DNA of 50,156 bases, from IMG/VR virus record IMGVR_UViG_3300045988_128743; one strand, written 5' to 3'. A program made the position numbers and the translations under genes. Positions 45,201 through 50,156 of the stretch are shown here, piece by piece; the stretch's first letter is position 1, and each line of letters opens with the position of its first letter. Source of the DNA: a virus. The notes below the pieces were generated by a model, which worked only from the letters and a program-made list of their open reading frames with translations, was not told the DNA's origin and ran no database searches.

Positions 45201-45341
45201 ATAACAGGTCGTAATTCAAATGGAACTTATACATATAACGAAGGAGTAAACTGGGGAAACGGAGCAGCGCAAAATCCAGACCTCGATAAGATACGACTTA
45301 TCGTAAGAGGAGGTATAATTGTTGGATATACAGGAGAATAA
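42291..45341 (+). CDS. Large tail tip / tail fibre protein (Tal-like N-terminus, fibre-like C-terminus)
   Basis: 1016 aa in the tail module. The C-terminal third is compositionally distinct, with coiled/fibre-like repeats. Confidence 0.65.
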   Translation: MITLYFNDTSLDVHESEESYRYRSIMGEHSLTLKFSLPEYIEFPIGTWCEYMAVKYTLEVPANFKKHGNRNFEYTLLMQSVQVQLGRYKLRNTVDKRLKFSMCATPKEFLQTIVDNLNQRDSGWSVGDCIVSTEKTIPFDHSYIDAALQSVADTFNTEWEIVGKVIHLRKVEYFKDDPLPLSYGKGNGFVPGLGRSTESESRPIEIMFAQGGSKNIDRSKYGAPELLLPKSQTLEYEGRTYISDAEGYSIQRKDKPLKYKTEDSLDCSEIYPSRVGTVSKVEVIDEANNFYDVIDDSIPENLDYNDYLIEGENMTIIFQSGMLAGNDKAFELKYKHAERRFEIVPQGIDGQTMPGGVYVPRVGDTYAIFGCMLPDAYVCDNASQTGASWDMFRETAKALYEKEDVKFTFTGELQGMWAKRNWLKVGGKLVVGGYVLFSDNQFAPEGIPIRITGIKDYPTSPYSPTIELSNDVQGKSLSSTIDEIQNGNVIVEENDKEIIRFTKRRFRDAVETMKMLENALLDNFTNSITPITVQTMAMLVGDESLQFRFVDSSLRPIQYHITYNQETKQLTAPATILQHMTLGVNTITSDRNSTEYKHWNMKAYTSPVMDQLEQKYYFYAKVPTGSGSGEFVLSPTAIGMDDVSGYYHLLVGLLNSEYDGERSFVTLYGFTEVLPGRITTDKIVSPDGKTYFDVSNGEIGGNIKIKAGSTGYENLEDKPDLSIYATNSELDILDDRISAQVTRVDNLTNRIDTAGWITTADANKLYASKTLENGQTIISYINQTAGSTTIHSSKINLQGAVSFTSLNSSLQSTINGKADSSSLGTLAYKEAVEAAQLGSTIVVGGYLNTDYIKVKRIDAQGARVGGFTIDSGRLYWKAYDYLGGDSRSLKLGVSKYNTDGIVDVNFNAATTGRFGVKAVGSNAGGAAIYASTGTLTDPGSSMTYAGFFVGPTSVRGELDSDYCASKGFRFITGRNSNGTYTYNEGVNWGNGAAQNPDLDKIRLIVRGGIIVGYTGE

Positions 45342-45366
45342 TATTATCTTTACTAAAAAAAGAATT

Positions 45367-45657
45367 ATGAAAGTAAATTTTAACAAGAAATTCAAGGACT
45401 TCATGGGAAATGATACAAATGAGGTCATAGCTAACAAAGTAGCAGAAGCTTTATATTCGGCTGGAGCAATACCAGAGCTTCCGATTAAAAGGGAAGACAA
45501 ATTCCGTGCATATAAGCTATGTCAGAAAATAATCAACGGAAACGGAATTATAGAAATAGAAAGTGAAGATGCGACACTGATTAAGGAACTGTGTTCAAAC
45601 TTTCTTACGGCTGGAGCTTACGGACAAATACACGAACTAATTGAAGGAGTAATGTAA
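45367..45657 (+). CDS. Hypothetical protein (part of AT-rich fibre-tip module)
   Basis: 96 aa from ATG 45367; the track start at 45319 overlaps the fibre gene. Confidence 0.45.
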   Translation: MKVNFNKKFKDFMGNDTNEVIANKVAEALYSAGAIPELPIKREDKFRAYKLCQKIINGNGIIEIESEDATLIKELCSNFLTAGAYGQIHELIEGVM

Positions 45658-45659
45658 TC

Positions 45660-45917
45660 ATGGAAGTACAAAGAACAACAACAGAAGGTAAATCGGAAGT
45701 TACCGATTCTATTAAACTGACTTATAGTATATCCACCAAAGGAGAAAAAAAGGATATACTCGGAGAGGTACGCAAAGATGATGAAATCGTAGGACGTTTC
45801 AATGCTTCAAATAATGGAATAATTGGATTTTCAGTTCAGGAAGATAATAAACTCTCGGCTGATGATTTGTCTCTAATATTCCAACAATTTATTAAAGATA
45901 TAGAAATTTATTTGTAG
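45660..45917 (+). CDS. Hypothetical protein (part of AT-rich fibre-tip module)
   Basis: 85-aa ORF. Confidence 0.45.
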   Translation: MEVQRTTTEGKSEVTDSIKLTYSISTKGEKKDILGEVRKDDEIVGRFNASNNGIIGFSVQEDNKLSADDLSLIFQQFIKDIEIYL

Positions 45918-45930
45918 CAAAAATCTTTAT

Positions 45931-45964
45931 ATAGCGGCTTTAATTATAAAGCCGCTATTATTTT
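45931..45964 (+). terminator. Rho-independent terminator ending the tail operon
   Basis: Perfect 12-bp stem atagcggcttta / taaagccgctat with a 4-nt loop, followed by tatttt. Confidence 0.8.
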
Positions 45965-45986
45965 ATAATCACTTTTAATATCTTTG
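45957..45986 (+). promoter_or_regulatory. Promoter: ATTATTTTATAATC box + TATCTTTG -7 box (lysis cassette)
   Basis: 14-mer at 45957-45970 and -7 box at 45979-45986, 30 nt upstream of ATG 46016. Confidence 0.6.
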
Positions 45987-46015
45987 TAATGTGAAACTTA
46001 AAAAACAAATATGAC

Positions 46016-46249
46016 ATGAAAAAAATTTTGAAATGGCTCAAAGAGAGCAATCGTTGGAAACATGTTGTTGGTGGCGTTATTATCGGTTTAGGAGCTGATA
46101 GCAATTATTGCGCTGCTTATACAGGTATTGGAGTTGCTTCTGCCCTTGAACTAAAAGACAAAATGTGGGGAGGGAAATGGGATTGGATAGACTTCGGCTT
46201 AACCATAGCCGGGGCATTTGTTGGACGTTTAATCAGAGTAATTCTATGA
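46016..46249 (+). CDS. Holin-like small membrane protein
   Basis: 77 aa with two hydrophobic segments (HVVGGVIIGLGA..., FGLTIAGAFVGRLI). It is the first gene of the lysis cassette. Confidence 0.5.
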   Translation: MKKILKWLKESNRWKHVVGGVIIGLGADSNYCAAYTGIGVASALELKDKMWGGKWDWIDFGLTIAGAFVGRLIRVIL

Positions 46250-46851
46250 ACACGACAACAGAAACCTTACAGTTGGCTGAAGGTATAAGCGAATACGGTA
46301 TAATGATTATTATCTGTGCCGTATTCCTGATTCTTGCTGCGGCTCTTATGATAGCCTGTTTTAAGTGGTTCAAAACAGTAATTGAAAATATCCTGAATGA
46401 TTATTCAGAACAATTACGAACACTTCAAGAAACAGCCACAAAAAATGGCGAGGCTATGGTTGACATCGCCGAAGGGCTTATTCCTGAAACGCAGTTGAGA
46501 ATAAAGAACATTTCAAGTGTTCATTTCGACCTCGCTATAGAGAAAGTATGTAGAATCATTAAGAAAATCAGAGAAGAAAACCACATTGTAAACAGGGAAG
46601 CGACAAGCATAAAAATAAGGACACTCCTACGAAATCTGTATGAAGACAGAAACAGCAGATTCGACCTGTTCAGATACAGGGGGAAAAAATTATCAGAATA
46701 TTGCAATCCTAATTGGATTGAGGAAGTCGCAGCCGTAGTTGAGGACGAAATTTACAATGAAGCCGGACCGAATAATGGACGTGCTTATACCAATGTCAAA
46801 GCAGCCTATGATAACATAAAGCTCGATTTTTATCACAACTTAAACAAATAG
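46246..46851 (+). CDS. N-terminally membrane-anchored protein of the lysis cassette
   Basis: 201 aa from ATG 46246 (ATGA overlap). It has the TM segment YGIMIIICAVFLILAAALMIACF. Confidence 0.45.
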   Translation: MNTTTETLQLAEGISEYGIMIIICAVFLILAAALMIACFKWFKTVIENILNDYSEQLRTLQETATKNGEAMVDIAEGLIPETQLRIKNISSVHFDLAIEKVCRIIKKIREENHIVNREATSIKIRTLLRNLYEDRNSRFDLFRYRGKKLSEYCNPNWIEEVAAVVEDEIYNEAGPNNGRAYTNVKAAYDNIKLDFYHNLNK

Positions 46852-46855
46852 GAAT

Positions 46856-47431
46856 ATGAAAATTTTAATAGACAATGGTCACGGAAGTAACACGAAAGGG
46901 AAACGCTCGCCGGACGGTAGGCTGATGGAATATGCATATACAAGAGAGATTGCAGAACTCGTGGTATCTGAACTTCTGAAAAAAGGTATAGATGCCGAGC
47001 GTATAGTACGTGAAGAGGTTGATGTTCCGTTGCAGGAAAGATGCAGGAGAGTAAATCAGTACAAGGCAAACGAAGCCATACTTGTATCAATACACTGTAA
47101 TGCAGCCGGGAGCGGTACTGAATGGATGGCTGCACGAGGATGGGAAGCGTGGACGAGTGTAGGAAAGACTAAAGCCGATGCTCTTGCCACATGTCTATAT
47201 GAAGCCGCTGATGAAGCTGGATTGAAAACACGTAAAGACATGACGGACGGAGACCCTGACAAAGAGGAGGGATTCTATATTCTGAAACACACCGTTTGCC
47301 CTGCCGTTCTTACTGAAAACTTATTCCAAGATAACAAAGAAGACGTTGCGTTTCTTTTGTCAGAAGACGGTAAACAGGCGATTGTCAATCTTCACGTAAA
47401 TGGTATAATCAACTTTATAAAAACGCTATGA
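46856..47431 (+). CDS. N-acetylmuramoyl-L-alanine amidase (Amidase_3-type endolysin)
   Basis: 191 aa with the segments IDNGHG, EYAYTREIA, LVSIHCNAAG and AVLTENLFQDN. Confidence 0.85.
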   Translation: MKILIDNGHGSNTKGKRSPDGRLMEYAYTREIAELVVSELLKKGIDAERIVREEVDVPLQERCRRVNQYKANEAILVSIHCNAAGSGTEWMAARGWEAWTSVGKTKADALATCLYEAADEAGLKTRKDMTDGDPDKEEGFYILKHTVCPAVLTENLFQDNKEDVAFLLSEDGKQAIVNLHVNGIINFIKTL

Positions 47432-47432
47432 C

Positions 47433-47924
47433 ATGAAACATTTACCATATCTCGTTTTATTGACCTTTCTGTTATTCAGTTGTGCTACAAGTCGCAAACT
47501 GTCGGAAAATGTTCAAAAACAGGACAGCACCCGAGTAGAAATCCGGGAAACGGTTATTTATGTTCCCGACACTGTCTTTGTTGAAATCCCAGCACAAACA
47601 GCCGAGCGAACGACACAGGACAGTACATCGCACCTTGAAAACGATTACGCCCTGTCTGACGCTCGAATTAATCCGGACGGTAGTTTATACCATGACTTGA
47701 AAACAAAGCCGCAGAAAAAGCCTGTACCGTTTGAAAAGCCCGTTGAAAAGAAAGGCAGTATCATCTACAGAACCCAATATATAGACAGGGAGGTTACTGT
47801 GGAGGTTGAGCGTGAACTTTCATGGTGGGAAAAGACACAGATATATGGATTTTGGGGACTTGTAATCATCCTGTTTATAGTGTACAGGAAAAAGATATTT
47901 GCCCTCGCCCGGAGATTTATCTGA
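47433..47924 (+). CDS. Unimolecular spanin-like lipoprotein (N-terminal lipobox + C-terminal TM)
   Basis: 163 aa. It has the lipobox LLFSC at residues 13-17 and the C-terminal TM segment IYGFWGLVIILFIVY. It is the last gene of the lysis cassette. Confidence 0.55.
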   Translation: MKHLPYLVLLTFLLFSCATSRKLSENVQKQDSTRVEIRETVIYVPDTVFVEIPAQTAERTTQDSTSHLENDYALSDARINPDGSLYHDLKTKPQKKPVPFEKPVEKKGSIIYRTQYIDREVTVEVERELSWWEKTQIYGFWGLVIILFIVYRKKIFALARRFI

Positions 47925-47978
47925 TTATCAAATAATCAAATAAATCGGAAAAAGTATCGGAAAAATTAGATTTTTCAG

Positions 47979-47986
47979 TATCTTTG
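47979..47986 (+). promoter_or_regulatory. -7 box TATCTTTG
   Basis: Exact TAnnTTTG match in the spanin-to-cargo spacer, preceded by two ATCGGAAAAA repeats spaced 11 bp apart (47944-47964). Confidence 0.4.
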
Positions 47987-48073
47987 AACCAACATATTGA
48001 AAAAGTATAGCGTTTGCTATTGTTTTGAGGTAAGAAAATCGCCAAAATTCTAAGTAACTCAAAAGCAATGGCG

Positions 48074-48105
48074 AATGCCCACGTGTCATATCGTGGGCAT
48101 TTTCC
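48074..48105 (+). terminator. Hairpin aatgcccacg-(8 nt)-cgtgggcatt + T-run; terminator or attenuator
   Basis: 10-bp perfect stem. The 5' arm sequence is repeated at 48150-48159, where it is followed by tttttt. Confidence 0.5.
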
Positions 48106-48215
48106 TTGTGGAGTTACTGGGCGTTTGGCGATGCCTCTTACCGACAAGGAATGCCCACGTTTTTTATGCGCATCTGTGAACAACGGCAAACCATAAACCG
48201 CTAAATAACAGATGT

Positions 48216-49292
48216 ATGGATTTCAAAGATTCAATCAAACAAATCTCGGAGCGTATCGAGAATTTGAAAGCTAACCTTCCAACGGAGGAAGCGACAAAAA
48301 CGGCTCTGATAATGCCGTTCATCAATGCCTTGGGGTACGATATTTTCAACCCCTTGGAAGTCCTGCCGGAAATGAGTTGCGACATAGGCACAAAGAAAGG
48401 CGAAAAGATAGACTATGCCATACTCAAAGACGGCGAGCCGATAATACTTATTGAGTGCAAGCACTGGGAACAAGACCTTAACCTGCATGACAACCAACTG
48501 CTCCGCTATTTCAACGTGTCAAAGGCGAAATTCGGTGTCCTTACCAATGGAATAATCTATAGGTTCTATACAGACCTTGCAGAACCAAATATAATGGATG
48601 ACAAGCCGTTCTTGGAGGTAAACCTGCTTGACTTGAAAGACACACAGATAGAGGAGCTGAAAAAGTTCCACAGGTCGTACTTCGATGTCGATACGATATT
48701 AAGCTCTGCAAGCGAACTGAAATACACGGGCGAACTGAAAACAGCCATAAGCAAGGAGTTTGCATCTCCCACCCCCGATTTTGTAAAATACTTTGGGAAG
48801 CAGGTTTACGATGGCGTTTTCACACCTAAAGTCCTTGAACAGTTTACATCCTTAGTAAAACGATCCATAAATAATTATATCAATGACATTATTTCTGAAC
48901 GTCTGAAAGCCGCCATAAAGGACAATGATACCCCGGCGGCTGAACAGGTTGAAACATCAATCCAACATATCCTGCCGGAACAGGAAACCCCGGATAACGG
49001 CATTGTTACGACACAGGAAGAGTTGGAGGGCTTCTATATTGTTAAGTCAATCCTACGGAATGTATGCCCGGCTGAACGGATAACCTACAAAGACACCCGG
49101 TCATACTTTGGAATATCTTTGGATAACAATGTGCGTAAGACCGTGTGTCGTTTCTACTTCGACCCTCCTACAAGGAAACGCATCGCAATTATAGATGAAA
49201 GCAAAAGCGAAAAGATGTACAAAATAAAGTCGATAAACGACCTTTACCTGTATGAAGCAGAACTTATAGAATCAGCAAACAAATATATTTAA
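48216..49292 (+). CDS. HsdR_N-like (type I restriction R-subunit N-terminal, PD-(D/E)XK) domain protein, cargo gene
   Basis: 358 aa. The N-terminal segment EEATKTALIMPFINALGYD...KIDYAILKDGEPIILIECK...GVLTNGIIYRFY matches the HSDR_N nuclease-core pattern. Confidence 0.6.
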   Translation: MDFKDSIKQISERIENLKANLPTEEATKTALIMPFINALGYDIFNPLEVLPEMSCDIGTKKGEKIDYAILKDGEPIILIECKHWEQDLNLHDNQLLRYFNVSKAKFGVLTNGIIYRFYTDLAEPNIMDDKPFLEVNLLDLKDTQIEELKKFHRSYFDVDTILSSASELKYTGELKTAISKEFASPTPDFVKYFGKQVYDGVFTPKVLEQFTSLVKRSINNYINDIISERLKAAIKDNDTPAAEQVETSIQHILPEQETPDNGIVTTQEELEGFYIVKSILRNVCPAERITYKDTRSYFGISLDNNVRKTVCRFYFDPPTRKRIAIIDESKSEKMYKIKSINDLYLYEAELIESANKYI

Positions 49293-49305
49293 TCAGCAAT
49301 AATTT

Positions 49306-49773
49306 ATGAAAAAACTATTTTTACCAATTATCTCATTATTAGCAATCCTATTCGTCTCATGTTCTAAAGATGATGATAATGTTAGTTTATCTGTTATGAT
49401 AAACGTACTGTATGAGGATGATTTGGCTTATCCGTCATTAGTCCGTTTATACGATTATGAAGAAGCAAAAGACTTTGACAGCAGCAAAGAAGCCGCAATA
49501 AAATATGGCGACAAACAAATATTAACAAACAGAACGGGAGCTGAATTAACACCGATGTATGAATCCGGAACATTCTCTGGTGTCAATACTTTTGAGAATA
49601 TTAAAGCCGGAACATATTTGGCAGTCATTTTATACAAACCCGATGGATATAGTTTCCCGATGTTTTATTACTATGGCACAAAGGTTATACAAGTTGATAA
49701 AGACAACAATGCTAATCTTCATAAGATAGAATTTACATACGAACACGAAAGGGGCGAATTTTTGAAGTTTTAA
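49306..49773 (+). CDS. Lipoprotein (cargo/moron)
   Basis: 155 aa with the signal peptide and lipobox LLAILFVSCSKDDD. The gene is AT-rich relative to its neighbours. Confidence 0.65.
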   Translation: MKKLFLPIISLLAILFVSCSKDDDNVSLSVMINVLYEDDLAYPSLVRLYDYEEAKDFDSSKEAAIKYGDKQILTNRTGAELTPMYESGTFSGVNTFENIKAGTYLAVILYKPDGYSFPMFYYYGTKVIQVDKDNNANLHKIEFTYEHERGEFLKF

Positions 49774-49860
49774 GTTCATATCTGTGTAAAGCCGAATGGC
49801 GGCGAATGCGCCCCGATAATTTTTGAGGTTATAACTTATAGCATAAAAACATTTGAACGG

Positions 49861-49889
49861 CACATACGGCGAATCAGCAAAAAATAACT
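49861..49889 (+). repeat. Conserved pre-ATG element copy c, orphan (CACATACGGCGAATCAGCAAAAAATAACT followed by ATC, not ATG)
   Basis: Same element as upstream of terL, 29228, 23139 and 21810, but no ORF follows it. Confidence 0.65.
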
Positions 49890-49902
49890 ATCATTTACCG
49901 AT

Positions 49903-49940
49903 ACAGGGTGTCCCCGTTTTGTGGATACCCTGTTTTTTTT
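49903..49940 (+). terminator. Strong Rho-independent terminator
   Basis: 11-bp stem acagggtgtcc / ggataccctgt (one G-T pair), a 9-nt loop, then a 7-T run. Confidence 0.8.
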
Positions 49941-50034
49941 GTGTATCTCATTATCTCTCATCCGGGCGAAATGGTAGGAGAAATAACCACAAACGATGTG
50001 TGAAGATAAATTTTGCGGATGTTCTGAAAACTGT

Positions 50035-50042
50035 TATATTTG
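50035..50042 (+). promoter_or_regulatory. -7 box TATATTTG, integrase promoter candidate
   Basis: Lies about 108 nt upstream of the int ATG (50150, equivalent to 49). Confidence 0.45.
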
Positions 50043-50080
50043 GAAACGGAAACACCAGCAAAATGAGCATTTTTTTCATT

Positions 50081-50100
50081 TTTGTTGCTAATTTGTTGCT
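50081..50100 (+). repeat. Tandem direct repeat TTTGTTGCT x2 (11-bp period) upstream of int
   Basis: Copies at 50081-50089 and 50092-50100. They are a candidate arm-type or accessory-factor site in the presumed attP region. Confidence 0.35.
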
Positions 50101-50101
50101 C

Positions 50102-50156
50102 AAACGTTTTTGAATTTTCGGTAACTGCTCTATAAATCAATGATTAACAATGAATT
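50102..50156. repeat. 55-bp terminal direct repeat, copy 2
   Basis: Identical to positions 1-55. Confidence 0.9.

Larger units (their letters stand above)
1..50156 (+). mobile_element. Complete temperate phage genome (circular contig, unit about 50,101 bp), siphovirus-like, Bacteroidales-type
   Basis: Integrase, repressor-like HTH genes, replication, terminase, portal, capsid, tape measure and lysis modules are all present. The first 55 nt equal the last 55 nt. TAnnTTTG boxes recur in intergenic regions. Confidence 0.8.

Noticed and set aside
47917-48189. 90-aa minus-strand ORF in the spanin-to-cargo spacer
   Set aside because: It spans a plus-strand promoter box and the hairpin repeats, and has no minus-strand promoter box or coupling. 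The region is better explained as regulatory RNA/DNA.
1-50156. CRISPR arrays, rRNA genes, transposases/IS elements
   Set aside because: I saw no regularly spaced repeat-spacer arrays, no rRNA-like segments, and no transposase-like ORFs or terminal inverted repeats on either strand.

Overview
The window is a complete, circularly closed temperate phage genome. The first 55 nt are identical to the last 55 nt, giving a unit length of about 50,101 bp. It is siphovirus-like and carries Bacteroidales hallmarks: TAnnTTTG -7 boxes in intergenic regions, a Bacteroidetes-type tyrosine integrase, and LFSC-type lipoboxes.

Layout:
- 0-2.6 kb: integrase, three leftward HTH regulator paralogues and a face-to-face promoter switch.
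- 2.6-14 kb: rightward early, recombination and replication genes (Xis-like HTH, SSAP-like, YqaJ exonuclease, SF2 helicase, DUF4373-like, primase-helicase, SSB-like, PD-(D/E)XK-like nuclease).
- 14.2-15.9 kb: ParB-methyltransferase fusion overlapped by a minimal AdoMetDC-like ORF.
- 15.9-21.6 kb: terS, terL, portal and a MuF-like head protein with a toxin-like C-terminal domain.
- 21.6-25.8 kb: a 4.2-kb minus-strand accessory island interrupting the morphogenesis genes.
- 26-36.7 kb: scaffold, capsid, neck, tail tube, tRNA-Ser(GCU), G/GT chaperones with a T-TTT-TTC -1 slippery site, tape measure and a Dit-like gene.
- 37.9-41.0 kb: a complete diversity-generating retroelement (DGR: target with VR1, a non-Avd accessory ORF, TR, RT).
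- 42.3-45.9 kb: a 1016-aa tail protein whose 3' third, plus two downstream genes, is compositionally foreign.
- 46.0-47.9 kb: lysis cassette (holin-like, amidase, u-spanin-like).
- 48.2-49.8 kb: two cargo genes (HsdR_N-like nuclease, lipoprotein) next to the presumed attP/int region.

Most notable observations:
- The DGR has a second, remote variable region (5094-5168) inside a 195-aa ORF of the early/recombination operon. All of its differences from TR are at TR adenines.
- A roughly 30-nt element (CACATA-GGCGAA-TC-AAAAATAACT) sits directly 5' of several start codons on both strands. An orphan copy, bracketed by a promoter-like box and a strong terminator, is a candidate small RNA.
- A 14-mer (ATTATTTTATAATC) marks the promoters of the major operons.

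All functional calls rest on motifs read by eye from the sequence and on gene order. No database search was run.
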